Shown here: positions 47,166 to 57,009 of the stretch, one piece after another
How the letters are laid out: the number at the start of each line of letters is the position of its first letter
How positions within the stretch are numbered: position 1 is the first letter of the stretch
Translations under genes and position numbers: made by a program
The notes under the pieces: generated by a model
The model's database searches: none
Seen by the model: only the letters and a program-made list of their open reading frames with translations
What the model was told of the DNA's origin: nothing
Source: an uncultured Dehalococcoidia bacterium
Lineage (GTDB): Bacteria; Chloroflexota; Dehalococcoidia; Lucifugimonadales; UBA826
NCBI GenBank assembly: GCA_964602845.1
Contig: CAZRSW010000003.1
Span: forward strand, 77,533-141,532
Direction of reading: 5' to 3'
Length of the DNA stretch: 64,000 bases

Positions 47166-49742
47166 GTGATACCAATCAACCTCACGGTTAAAAACTTTAT
47201 GAGCTACCGGGAGCCGGAACAAACACTGGACCTGGAGGGCATAAAAATAGCTTGTCTATCCGGACCTAACGGCCATGGTAAAACCACCCTTTTAGATGCG
47301 ATCACATGGGTACTCTGGGGTAAGGCACGATCCAGAACTCAAGAGGAACTAGTCCATCAAGGCCAAAAAGATATGATGGTCGAGCTAATATTTGTGGCAA
47401 GGGGCCAGCGTTATAGAGTGAGCAGGTTATATAGTAAAAATCTCCTAGGATCTCGAGGGCGGACAGAGTTAGATTTAGCCATACTGTCGGAAGGTACACC
47501 TACGTCCATAATGGGGGCTACCATTAGAGATACCGAGAGACAAATTGTTGAGCTATTAGGTATGGATTATGATACCTTCATCAACACCTCCTATTTAAGA
47601 CAGGGGGACGCAGACCGTTTCACCCGCAGTAAACCTGCTGAGCGAAAACGTACATTAGCTGAGGTCTTACGACTATCTTATTATGAGCATCTGGAAAAAA
47701 AATCCAGGGATAGATCTAGAAAAATAAAGGAATCTATCTTAGAGAAAAAAGCCGTATTATCAGCACGTGAAGCTGAAGTTGAAGAAAAACCCGTCCTAAC
47801 TACCCAAGTGGAAATTAGCAAAGGTAGAATTAATGAGCTTGAGCCAAAGATACAGGTGCTCACAAAGAAATTACACGATTTGAATTCTCAAAAAGAATCC
47901 AACTATAGAGACCAACAAGAAAAAGAGCGCTTATTAATTTCTCTAAGTACCAACAAGCAAGAGCTTTGTAAATTGAACTCCCAGAAAAAAGACTGGCAAG
48001 AGAGAATCAGCCAGGTCGAATCATTGTTGTCAAGGTCTGAGGAGATACTTTCTAAAAAAGAACAACTCCTAGAAAAAACAGGTTCGCTAAAACACCTGAC
48101 CAAACAACTAACCCAGGTAATGGAACTTGAGGCATCTAAGTCCCGTTTAGAAAAAATTATTGCTATCGAGTCCGAAAGAATCATGGGGCTTGAAAAGCAG
48201 TACCGGCAACGTATAGACAGTGATTTAAGACCAACAGTCGATCAAATACCAAATCTTGAACAACAGCTCCAGAAGATCAGGCAAGAATTAACAGAATGTA
48301 GCAACAACTCAGACCAATTATCAACAGATGAGTCCAAAATTAAAAAATTATCCGATGAGTTAAGCTCTTTGGAAACAATAAACACAGCCTTAAAGGACAA
48401 TATGTCGGAAACAAGGGGTCGGTATGACCTCTTGGGTCAAGCCAACGCTCACTGCCCTCTCTGTTCTCAACCCCTCGATGAAACGAGTAAACTCCATCTG
48501 AGTAAAGAATACGAGAAAAGCGGCGTGGAATCACGGTCAACATATCAGAACAACCTAATAAAGATCAAAACCCTGAAAACCAACATTAGCTCTGAAACAG
48601 TTCGGATCAATAAGAATAGAGCCGAACTCCAATCCCAGATGAAATATTTAGAGGGAGAGTTGTATTCCAATGACCAGCTACTAAAACTCGGGAAAGACAA
48701 TCAAATTAAAATGTCTCAAGAGGTCGAAGATCACCGTATCATTGCCCATAAACTTTCATGTGACGACTACGCTATAGAAGAACGTATATTGCTGAGAAAG
48801 ATAGAAGCTACGTTAAAAGAAATCAGTTTCGATCAAACTGAACACCATAAACTTGAACAAGAAGTACAAGAGTTATCTCCCTACCTCAAGCTTTCCGTTG
48901 AACTTGAACAGTCACATTCCAGTCTAGATTCTTTAAAACAAGGCCTCCAAACAAATCTGGAAATGACATCCACACGCATCAAGGAAATCCAATTATGCGA
49001 AACAACACTTAAGGAGCTCAGTACACGACTATCAAGCATTGTAAACCTGCAAAATGAATCACTCGTCATCGAGAAGGAGCTATCGGAGATCAATAAAGAT
49101 ATCCAGGCGAACATATCCAAAAGAGATAGTTCCCTACAACAGTTGGAACGCCTCGCGAAATACGAGCAGGACATATTAGACATCACTAAATATCTTACTG
49201 GTAGTTTAGAAGAATCGGCTATATACGATGAACTAGCTTCTGCGTTCGGACCTAACGGTATACAAGCCTTAATGATAGAACAAACAGTTCCACAAATTGA
49301 AGAGATCTCAAATGACCTGCTCAGCAAGTTAACCGATAACAGAATGGCTGTAAAACTTGAGATAAAGGATGGACGAATAGACAAGTTTACAGGTCTACCA
49401 TCAGAAGAACTCGATATTAGTGTCTCAGACGAGAAGGGCACTCGAAGTTATGAAACTTTCAGCGGAGGCGAAGCTTTTCGTATAGACTTTGCGCTAAGAA
49501 TTGCTCTTTCAAAACTTCTGGCATCGAGGTCAGGTACACCTCTACCAATACTTTTTATAGACGAGGGCTTCGGATCGCAAGATAATAGCGGTCAAGAACG
49601 GCTTACTGAAGCTATTCAATCAATTCAAGATGAATTTGAGAAAATAATTGTAATTACTCATGTAGACACGATGAAAGAAAGCTTTGAACATCGCATCGAA
49701 GTTTTCAAAACCCCAGAGGGTTCTACAATACAAGTAAGCTGA
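47166..49742 (+). CDS. sbcC: SbcC/Rad50-family SMC-like ATPase with zinc hook
   Basis: GTG start. Walker A GPNGHGKTT. About 600 aa of coiled coil with a central CPLC hook (nt 48453-48464). C-terminal FSGGE signature and LFIDEGFG Walker B. Confidence 0.85.
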   Translation: MIPINLTVKNFMSYREPEQTLDLEGIKIACLSGPNGHGKTTLLDAITWVLWGKARSRTQEELVHQGQKDMMVELIFVARGQRYRVSRLYSKNLLGSRGRTELDLAILSEGTPTSIMGATIRDTERQIVELLGMDYDTFINTSYLRQGDADRFTRSKPAERKRTLAEVLRLSYYEHLEKKSRDRSRKIKESILEKKAVLSAREAEVEEKPVLTTQVEISKGRINELEPKIQVLTKKLHDLNSQKESNYRDQQEKERLLISLSTNKQELCKLNSQKKDWQERISQVESLLSRSEEILSKKEQLLEKTGSLKHLTKQLTQVMELEASKSRLEKIIAIESERIMGLEKQYRQRIDSDLRPTVDQIPNLEQQLQKIRQELTECSNNSDQLSTDESKIKKLSDELSSLETINTALKDNMSETRGRYDLLGQANAHCPLCSQPLDETSKLHLSKEYEKSGVESRSTYQNNLIKIKTLKTNISSETVRINKNRAELQSQMKYLEGELYSNDQLLKLGKDNQIKMSQEVEDHRIIAHKLSCDDYAIEERILLRKIEATLKEISFDQTEHHKLEQEVQELSPYLKLSVELEQSHSSLDSLKQGLQTNLEMTSTRIKEIQLCETTLKELSTRLSSIVNLQNESLVIEKELSEINKDIQANISKRDSSLQQLERLAKYEQDILDITKYLTGSLEESAIYDELASAFGPNGIQALMIEQTVPQIEEISNDLLSKLTDNRMAVKLEIKDGRIDKFTGLPSEELDISVSDEKGTRSYETFSGGEAFRIDFALRIALSKLLASRSGTPLPILFIDEGFGSQDNSGQERLTEAIQSIQDEFEKIIVITHVDTMKESFEHRIEVFKTPEGSTIQVS

Positions 49743-49755
49743 CCGGCCACCAGTT

Positions 49756-50421
49756 TTATAAAACCATCTCACTCAAATATGGGGAGGGGATAAGGGTAGC
49801 ATCAGTCTCGTTCTGAACCGAGTCGAAGTCCCAACCAGGTGCGACCTCCAATAACTGCAGTCCTTTTTCGTCAATCTCCACCACCGCAATATCGGTGACG
49901 ATAAGACTAACACACCGTTCCCCTGTCAAAGGATAATCGCATTCATTAACTATCTTCGATCTTCCTTTCCTATCCAAATGTTCCATAGCCACTATAACCC
50001 TCTTTGCCCCAACCGCCAAATCCATCGCACCACCAATATTTCCAATTCCTCTTTCCGGAATCATCCAATTAGCAATATCTCCTTGAACGGAAACTTGGAA
50101 AGCCCCCAAAACCGTTACATCCACGTGTCCCCCTCTAATCATTGCAAATGCATCAGCCGAATTAAAGAACGACATCCCAGCTACTGGTGCTAGAAATTGA
50201 CCTCCTGCATTAATCAAATCAGGGTCCTCCTTGCCTTCTTCAGCCATGGGCCCGTAGTTTAAAACTCCACTTTCACTATGATAAAAAATGGTCTTATTAT
50301 CAGGGACAAACTGAGAACAAAGTGTCGGGATACCTATTCCCAAATTCACGACATCTCCATCCCTCAGTTCTTTGGCGACCCTCATTGCAATTACTTCTCT
50401 GTGTAACCGTTCTTTTTCCAT
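49756..50421 (-). CDS. 3-oxoacid CoA-transferase subunit B
   Basis: HSESGVLNYGP contains the catalytic-Glu (S-E-N/S-G) motif. Paired with subunit A upstream. Confidence 0.85.
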   Translation of the reverse strand: MEKERLHREVIAMRVAKELRDGDVVNLGIGIPTLCSQFVPDNKTIFYHSESGVLNYGPMAEEGKEDPDLINAGGQFLAPVAGMSFFNSADAFAMIRGGHVDVTVLGAFQVSVQGDIANWMIPERGIGNIGGAMDLAVGAKRVIVAMEHLDRKGRSKIVNECDYPLTGERCVSLIVTDIAVVEIDEKGLQLLEVAPGWDFDSVQNETDATLIPSPYLSEMVL

Positions 50422-50451
50422 TCAAACCTCTACGAACTCACTTTCTCTAAG

Positions 50452-51156
50452 CTAAATAAGGACGATCCTATCTACATATATCCCAGGGGTAGCAATAGAG
50501 TTAGAACTGATCTCACTAGCGTCCACGAGTTCATCAACCTCTACAATAGTCGTTTTAGCCGCCGTTGCCATAACGCCATTAAAATTCTGCGATGTGCCTT
50601 TATACACAACATTTCCCAATGTGTCAGCTTTGTATCCCCTTATCAAAGCAAAGTCAGCCGTTATCGATTTTTCCATGACATACGTTTTACCTGCAAATAC
50701 ACGTGTTTCTTTACCCTTAGCGATCTGCGTTCCTACACCGGTTGGAGTATAAAATGCGGGTATACCTGCTCCGCCAGCCCTTATCCTCTCCGCTAATGTA
50801 CCTTGGGGAACTAATTCCAATTCTATTTCTCCTTCTCTATAGGCCCTTTCGAAAGCAGTAGGACGTGACCGAGATGGAGAAATAGGAAACGAGGCTATGA
50901 TCTTATCGACCTGATGGTTCTCTATCAATATTCCAATGTCGGTCGGACGATCTCCAGGAAGAGTTCCGAACCCAATTACACTTGCCAAACCGGCCGTGTT
51001 ACTAACCACTGTAAGACTTTTGGCACCCTGTTCTTCTAGTGCTCTGATTAAATTCTGAGGTGTTCCACCCGGACCGGCAAATCCGTCTATCATTACTATA
51101 GAATGATCTGCAATATCTCGTACAGCCTGACTGAAAGTAGAGCAAACCTTATTCAT
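50452..51156 (-). CDS. 3-oxoacid CoA-transferase subunit A
   Basis: The opening ...AVRDIADHSIVMIDGFAGPGGTPQNLIRAL is typical of A subunits. 234 aa. Confidence 0.85.
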   Translation of the reverse strand: MNKVCSTFSQAVRDIADHSIVMIDGFAGPGGTPQNLIRALEEQGAKSLTVVSNTAGLASVIGFGTLPGDRPTDIGILIENHQVDKIIASFPISPSRSRPTAFERAYREGEIELELVPQGTLAERIRAGGAGIPAFYTPTGVGTQIAKGKETRVFAGKTYVMEKSITADFALIRGYKADTLGNVVYKGTSQNFNGVMATAAKTTIVEVDELVDASEISSNSIATPGIYVDRIVLI

Positions 51157-51405
51157 TCAAATTACTAACCTCATTTTACAAGAGTTGACCTGCCCAATTT
51201 CAACGCGTTTCCACCAGCGTACAAACCAATATGACAGCTGTAGCACAACCTTCTCTAGAACCAAAACTCGGACGATGCCGACACAATAATTATCACGGCG
51301 TTTTACGAGTAGTTCAGTAGCACAGCCAATACATCATCACCAGGGGTTAAACACAACAGCATATTTCCGACTCATGACCCATACAACTTAGATCCATATT
51401 AATAT

Positions 51406-52491
51406 CTATTTTAGTTCCAATCCCCCATTTCTGGATATAGATTCCACTCCTAAGTTAGACTCAAATGCAACAACATTTAATATAGAATTAATTCTTTCCC
51501 CTGGTCCAACTTTAAGTGCTGATCCATTTTTGATTGCGGCTTCCAAGCCATCGTTAGGATAGCTTGTGAAAGGTTCTAGGCCCACATTGAAGGTACGACC
51601 ATAAAAAGGATACCCCGTCCCTCCACCAAACGATTGCCAATACCACAAATATTTGTAAAGATCTTTCGGATAAACGATGCCGATACCAACTCCTAAATCT
51701 CGGTTTGTTACAGCATACCAACCCTCAGGCATATCAGACACATAGGACATATCATAAGAATTGAAATCCTTAGCCGGTATCCTGCTCAAATCATGGTCTT
51801 CACCATTTTTAAGTTTTGTTAAAGGCCAAGAGCTCTCCAATCCAGCCAGTAATCTGTTATTAGGATGAGTGTCTACTGGATGATTAATAATCGTACCACC
51901 CGGCAAATCCACGACACATTTTTCGTTTAGGAATGGTTCACCTAAAGCGATATGCTCTCCCCAGACACAGTCAATCGATTCACGGCTCTCATTGATCAAA
52001 ATTTGTTCCACTTTAAGTACAGGGGATCCAGATTCTAGGCTCAAAGTCTTCTCGAAAAAAAATGGGGTCCTATAGGACCGCACAGAAAATTTGACACTCA
52101 CTCTATCAATGGTGTCTTCAACAATCGCACAATCCCATGGGATTGTATTAACCTCTGCGTGTAGCCCAAAATCAGCTCCACCATAAGTTGAGGGAAATCC
52201 ACCAGCGGGCAGAACAGTCTGCCATCCACCTTCATATGTATCCATCCATATACCTACACCATCTCCAGTAGTAGGTAAAAAAGTGGAGGGGTCTCTCACT
52301 CCCCAAGGAGAGCGATGCAGAAAATCCACGTCAGAGGGTTTATGTACTAGCTGATAAACATCAGCTCCCTTATCGGCTAGCACGACGAGCCGTAATATTT
52401 CATTTTCTATGATTACAGTTTTGAGCCCCCGATAGACCCACGAATCAGAAACGCGACATCCGTAATTTCTTTCAAGTTGATAATGCATCAA
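51406..52491 (-). CDS. galactose-mutarotase-like (aldose 1-epimerase superfamily) protein
   Basis: Size and beta-rich pattern (ENEILRLVVLADKGADVYQL..., GLHAEVNTIPW) resemble mutarotase-fold proteins. Assignment is tentative. Confidence 0.45.
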   Translation of the reverse strand: MMHYQLERNYGCRVSDSWVYRGLKTVIIENEILRLVVLADKGADVYQLVHKPSDVDFLHRSPWGVRDPSTFLPTTGDGVGIWMDTYEGGWQTVLPAGGFPSTYGGADFGLHAEVNTIPWDCAIVEDTIDRVSVKFSVRSYRTPFFFEKTLSLESGSPVLKVEQILINESRESIDCVWGEHIALGEPFLNEKCVVDLPGGTIINHPVDTHPNNRLLAGLESSWPLTKLKNGEDHDLSRIPAKDFNSYDMSYVSDMPEGWYAVTNRDLGVGIGIVYPKDLYKYLWYWQSFGGGTGYPFYGRTFNVGLEPFTSYPNDGLEAAIKNGSALKVGPGERINSILNVVAFESNLGVESISRNGGLELK

Positions 52492-52503
52492 AACTCCTTT
52501 CTT

Positions 52504-53196
52504 TCAAATCTTCCAGAACCGCCCAATTATTTTAGGAAATAGCCATATCAAGATCGCCTCCAATAAAGTAAGGGATGCAATTAATATCGTCGCAGTGAAA
52601 AAGAACCCTTGCGGAAACATCGCTATCAGATAGTCTTGGGTCGGGTCCAGCATCCAGAGATCGTTTCTGAAACTGATCAAATGGAACAATAAGAACAGCT
52701 TATCAAAACTTATTGCCACACCCATTGCTACCAATACAAACAACACCAGGGTAAAGCCTCCAGAAAAACCAATCATCCGTAGAGACAACATCAAATGCCG
52801 CGGGTTATTAGTAAAAAATCCCGCCAGTATAGCAGCAATTAATGAGATTAAAGACAGAATCTGGACTCTGTAGACCCATTCAACTAGGGTTTTTACGTCC
52901 TTCATGTGAAGTACTTCTCTATCACTAAACAAGTTTTCTATTAATATACCCCCTTTAATAACGCTGATTGCTATAAATTCCTCCCCATTATTGAAGTAGC
53001 TTCTTATTTGATTACCAGCATATTCAAGTTGATCTTTTTCTATGCCAGTATATTCTTGCACTTGATATGCTTCAAAACCATAACTGAAAAAAGCTTCTGA
53101 ATTAATAACACAACGTATATTCGTGGTCAAAATTAGGAACGGGATTGAACCAATAATGACAAATCGTCGTAGGATATTTATAAAGCTCCAAAGCAT
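52504..53196 (-). CDS. integral membrane protein, DUF1461/TIGR01906-like
   Basis: SDREVLHMKDVKTLV motif and flanking transmembrane helices resemble the TIGR01906 family. I place the start at the ATG at 53196 (MLWSFINILRR), because the track TTG start at 53259 overlaps the mazG start. Confidence 0.5.
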   Translation of the reverse strand: MLWSFINILRRFVIIGSIPFLILTTNIRCVINSEAFFSYGFEAYQVQEYTGIEKDQLEYAGNQIRSYFNNGEEFIAISVIKGGILIENLFSDREVLHMKDVKTLVEWVYRVQILSLISLIAAILAGFFTNNPRHLMLSLRMIGFSGGFTLVLFVLVAMGVAISFDKLFLLFHLISFRNDLWMLDPTQDYLIAMFPQGFFFTATILIASLTLLEAILIWLFPKIIGRFWKI

Positions 53197-53258
53197 CGTG
53201 CGTGAAAGCTTATAAATAGCCCTAAACCCTGTCAACTCATAATCAACAGGAGAACACA

Positions 53259-54053
53259 ATGACTATTGACAAACAAAAGATTAAACCATCCTTCGGAGGT
53301 CTTATTAGCTTAATAGACATCCTTCGAGGGCCGGGAGGATGTCCATGGGACGCTCAACAGAACATGGAGTCTCTAGTGCCACTGTTCCTTGAGGAATGTT
53401 ACGAGCTAGCCGATGCCGTGGAAATTGCGGATTACGAAAACCTGATTGAGGAAATAGGAGATGTACTCTTACATATAGCTTTCCAAATTAGCCTCGGAGA
53501 TTCTGATGGTCGTTTCAATGAGAAAACCGTTTGTATCCGCACCTCTGAAAAGTACAAAAGACGCCATCCACATGTGTTTGGTGACGGTAAAGCAGATTCC
53601 ATAGAAGAGTTAGAGGGCAATTGGGAACGTATAAAAAGGGAGGAAAAAACTCTCGATAATCAATCTCAGCTGGATGGCATCCCAAGGAGTCTTCCTGCCC
53701 TGTCTTACGCACTGGCTATCCAGAGAAAAGCTGCCACAACTGGATTTGATTGGACTTCTGGGAAAGAGCTAAGAGCCAAAGTATGGGAAGAAATTAATGA
53801 AATAGATGCTGCCCAATCCTTAGACGAAAAACGGGAAGAACTAGGCGATCTCTTATTTACTATAGTCAACGAGTGCCGATGGATGAAGATAGATCCTGAA
53901 CAGGCACTTAGGCAGTCGAATAGGAAATTTTCCAACCGATTCAAGCACATGGAGAAGATTTGCGACCAAGAAAACAAAGACTTTACCAACCTAAAACCGT
54001 CGGATAAAGACATCTTATGGAACAGAGCAAAACGCCAAGTATCGGAGGAGTAA
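53259..54053 (+). CDS. mazG: nucleoside triphosphate pyrophosphohydrolase MazG (tandem MazG domains)
   Basis: CPWDAQQNMESL..., EECYELADAVE and ELGDLLFTIVN motifs. Confidence 0.85.
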   Translation: MTIDKQKIKPSFGGLISLIDILRGPGGCPWDAQQNMESLVPLFLEECYELADAVEIADYENLIEEIGDVLLHIAFQISLGDSDGRFNEKTVCIRTSEKYKRRHPHVFGDGKADSIEELEGNWERIKREEKTLDNQSQLDGIPRSLPALSYALAIQRKAATTGFDWTSGKELRAKVWEEINEIDAAQSLDEKREELGDLLFTIVNECRWMKIDPEQALRQSNRKFSNRFKHMEKICDQENKDFTNLKPSDKDILWNRAKRQVSEE

Positions 54054-54061
54054 ATTCTGAA

Positions 54062-54277
54062 ATGGATTCGATTAATGAGGAAATACACATACTTACAAAA
54101 TTTATCAAAACGAAATACGGGAATCACCTGACCAAGTCTCAGATCAACAACATCAGAAAATCTATAGGCCACCAAATTCAAGATTCAAGGGACTTATCAA
54201 AAATCAAACTCAATCACGATGCGGCACCGTTTTCGATATATACCACAAGCCGAAAAGATACGAGGAGACATCAATGA
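54062..54277 (+). CDS. small GatC-like protein (71 aa), putative amidase partner subunit
   Basis: The pattern LTKSQINNIRKSIGHQIQDSRDLSKIKLNHDAAPFSIY resembles GatC (helical segment, then L..xxL....eP). The stop overlaps the amidase ATG (ATGA at 54274-54277). I chose the ATG at 54062 to avoid overlap with mazG. Confidence 0.4.
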   Translation: MDSINEEIHILTKFIKTKYGNHLTKSQINNIRKSIGHQIQDSRDLSKIKLNHDAAPFSIYTTSRKDTRRHQ

Positions 54278-55689
54278 TTATGGATCCAGTTTTCTTAGAT
54301 GTGAAGAAACTCGGATCATTGATAAAGGATAAGGAATTATCTCCAACAGAGTTAACTCACACATTCCTTGAACGTTTACAAAATATAGGATCTAGTTACA
54401 ACTCCACAGTCACCGTAACCCACGATTTAGCCATCAAACAGGCTTCGAAAGCCGAACAAGAAATCATACAAGGAATGTATAGGGGCCCGCTTCATGGGAT
54501 ACCTTACGGGTTAAAGGATCTGTTTGCGACCGGAGTGGATGCACCTACCACATGGGGGGCATATCCATTTCGCAACCGTACTTTTGACCACAACGCCACG
54601 GTTGTGACAAACCTCAAGAATTCTGGGGCAATATTGGTGGCGAAACTTGCCATGATAGAGATGGCTGGTGGCATGGGATACAATCAACCTAACGCATCTT
54701 TTACGGGCCCATGTCGTAACCCATGGAACAAGGATAGATGGGCTGGAGGATCTTCAAGCGGATCAGGTTCCGCTGTTGGCTCCGGGATAGTACCTTTTGC
54801 AATCGGAACCGAAACCTGGGGTTCCATATTAACCCCAGCTTCATATTGTGGTGTAACAGGACTGAGGCCAACATTTGGTAGAGTGAGTAGATATGGTGCC
54901 ATGACGTTAAGTTGGTCCTTAGACAAAGTAGGCCCTATTGCCCTAACAGCAGACGATTGCGGCACGATATTGGAAACCATTTCGGTCCCGGACCACCTAG
55001 ATTCAACGACCCCATTTAAGAGAAATACATTGCTGCATTTAGGACTTCGCGACAAGGTCAAGTTGGCGGTCCTCAAGGATAATTGTTTACATGCCGACAA
55101 GGATACAAAGAGCAATTTTCTTGATGCCCTCAGCATGTTAAATACCATAGCGGATATAGAGGAAATTACCCTTCCAAATTATCCATATGAAGCAATTATA
55201 CGAACTATTTTACTGTCGGAATCCGCCAGTGCTTTGGAAGATTTTACAGACAATGGCACCGCCTCCGAATTAACAGCCCAAGAAGATCGCTATGGTCCAT
55301 ATGCTAGAACAACCATAGCGGCTAAAGATTATATTAAGGCTTTGAGACTAAGAGGAAAGATCGCTGAAGAAATGGATAATTTAATGGCTAACTTCGACTG
55401 TATAATTAGTCCTAGCAGACCTTCTGTTGCACCCCAAATAAACAGAAATTTCGATGCGGTGATTTCAGACGATAAACAGGACGAAATTGGAGCCTTAAGT
55501 AATCTGCTTGGCCTGCCCGCTATATCTGTGCCCAATGGATTTTCTGAAAGCTCCTTACCGACTGGGATCCAATTTATAGGGCGACCAAACGATGAAAACA
55601 GCATTATCGACGTAGCATCCTGGTATCAAATGTCTACAAGATGGCACGATATACACCCAAAACATCTATTACATGACACACAAAACTAG
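54274..55689 (+). CDS. amidase signature (AS) family amidase, GatA-like
   Basis: GLKDLF (catalytic Lys region) and the GGSSSGSGSAVG Ser-cisSer motif. Confidence 0.85.
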   Translation: MIMDPVFLDVKKLGSLIKDKELSPTELTHTFLERLQNIGSSYNSTVTVTHDLAIKQASKAEQEIIQGMYRGPLHGIPYGLKDLFATGVDAPTTWGAYPFRNRTFDHNATVVTNLKNSGAILVAKLAMIEMAGGMGYNQPNASFTGPCRNPWNKDRWAGGSSSGSGSAVGSGIVPFAIGTETWGSILTPASYCGVTGLRPTFGRVSRYGAMTLSWSLDKVGPIALTADDCGTILETISVPDHLDSTTPFKRNTLLHLGLRDKVKLAVLKDNCLHADKDTKSNFLDALSMLNTIADIEEITLPNYPYEAIIRTILLSESASALEDFTDNGTASELTAQEDRYGPYARTTIAAKDYIKALRLRGKIAEEMDNLMANFDCIISPSRPSVAPQINRNFDAVISDDKQDEIGALSNLLGLPAISVPNGFSESSLPTGIQFIGRPNDENSIIDVASWYQMSTRWHDIHPKHLLHDTQN

Positions 55690-55762
55690 TATCATCAATT
55701 CGTGCTGGTAAGAGACAGCCTAATTCTCTCAGACAACAACGTAGCCTAAGGGTCGCTTTAAG

Positions 55763-56104
55763 ATGTCAACTTATTTCCTACTTCTATCCCTCACTACTGA
55801 AGGACGAAATATGATGCGCGAGGAACCGGAATTGGTTCTTCATTCAGCCCATTCCAGCGAGCTACCTGATGTTCAATGCATGGGTCTATACGCTGTCCTC
55901 GGTGAATACGACTTCATTACCATTCTAGAGGCACCTGATAATGAGGCTGCTGCCCGCTTCTCCATAGAATTGGGAGTAAAAGCGGGGGTTCAAGTAGAAA
56001 CGATACCAGCCATCCCCGTCTCAAGGCTAGATCACAGAATGCCCGACTACTTGCCAGGAGAAGATGTATCCTCTCATAACGACTCTGATGATGCTGACAG
56101 CTAA
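55763..56104 (+). CDS. GYD domain protein
   Basis: LGEYDFITILEAPDNEAAARFSIELG matches the GYD family core (G-x-YD ... EAPD). Confidence 0.75.
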   Translation: MSTYFLLLSLTTEGRNMMREEPELVLHSAHSSELPDVQCMGLYAVLGEYDFITILEAPDNEAAARFSIELGVKAGVQVETIPAIPVSRLDHRMPDYLPGEDVSSHNDSDDADS

Positions 56105-56112
56105 TCAGAGAT

Positions 56113-57006
56113 ATGCAAGCCGTAAGTCCACTAACCATAACCAAATTTACAAAACGCTACGGATCCTTTTCAGCTGTCGATGATCTGAACCTTAAGCTTG
56201 ATCACGGGGAAGTGTTTGGATTTCTTGGCCCAAATGGTGCGGGTAAGAGCACCACTATAAGGACCATGATGAACTTCATAAGTCCCACTATGGGTTCAAT
56301 CAAATTGTTCGATTTGGATAGCACCTTGGATAGTGTAAAGATAAAGGAATACGTTGGTTATCTAGCCGGGGACATAGCACTGTATGGTTCAATGTCTGGA
56401 AAAGCTCTTCTAAACTACTTGACCGCTCTTGGCAAAAATACTGACTGGACATTCGTTACAGAGCTTGTTCAAAGATTAGACGTCCCCGTTACTCAACGAA
56501 TCGGAACACTTTCTAAAGGCAACCGACAAAAGTTGGGCCTTATTCAAGCATTTATGCACAAACCAGATATGCTGATACTTGATGAGCCAACAAGCGGCTT
56601 AGATCCGCTAAAAAAACAAGTCTTCTATGACATGATCTTAGACATGAAAAATATGGGGAAGACCGCTTTTATTTCTTCGCATGATCTAACAGAAGTGCAG
56701 AGAATATGCGATCGCGTGGGATTCATTAGATCCGGCAAATTAGTAGCCATTGAGAACATGAATACTGTCAACAACTTAAATGTCAGAAAATACGCCGTCA
56801 TTTTCGACACACCACCCGCAGTAGAAAACCTGCTTACTACTGAGGGCGTAATAGATGCCAAATTAAATGGTAATCAAGCTACAGTAACGGTCAAAGGACG
56901 AATAGATCAGTTCATTTCACTCATAAGCAAATACTCACCCAGAGATCTTCAAGAGCAGACAACCAGCTTGGAAGATATTTTTATGAGTTACTATGAAACG
57001 GATTAG
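56113..57006 (+). CDS. ABC transporter ATP-binding protein (ABC-2 type)
   Basis: Walker A GPNGAGKST, signature LSKGNRQK and Walker B LILDEPTSGLD. Confidence 0.85.
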   Translation: MQAVSPLTITKFTKRYGSFSAVDDLNLKLDHGEVFGFLGPNGAGKSTTIRTMMNFISPTMGSIKLFDLDSTLDSVKIKEYVGYLAGDIALYGSMSGKALLNYLTALGKNTDWTFVTELVQRLDVPVTQRIGTLSKGNRQKLGLIQAFMHKPDMLILDEPTSGLDPLKKQVFYDMILDMKNMGKTAFISSHDLTEVQRICDRVGFIRSGKLVAIENMNTVNNLNVRKYAVIFDTPPAVENLLTTEGVIDAKLNGNQATVTVKGRIDQFISLISKYSPRDLQEQTTSLEDIFMSYYETD

Positions 57007-57009
57007 CCG

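Noticed and set aside
48881-49441. 186-aa Ser-rich minus-strand ORF inside sbcC (and similar antisense ORFs at 47903-48184 and 47681-47863)
   Set aside because: These are shadows of the Glu/Lys/Leu-rich coiled-coil coding strand, and the sbcC reading frame is continuous and motif-supported.
47074-49742. sbcC-like gene as part of a mobile defence island
   Set aside because: There are no partner genes, integrase, tRNA, flanking direct repeats or obvious compositional break. It is treated as an orphan chromosomal SbcC pending genome-wide checks.
53705-54181. 158-aa minus-strand ORF spanning the mazG 3' end and the small GatC-like ORF
   Set aside because: It is antisense to the well-supported mazG and has no motif. 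I kept the plus-strand small ORF instead because of its ATGA coupling to the amidase.
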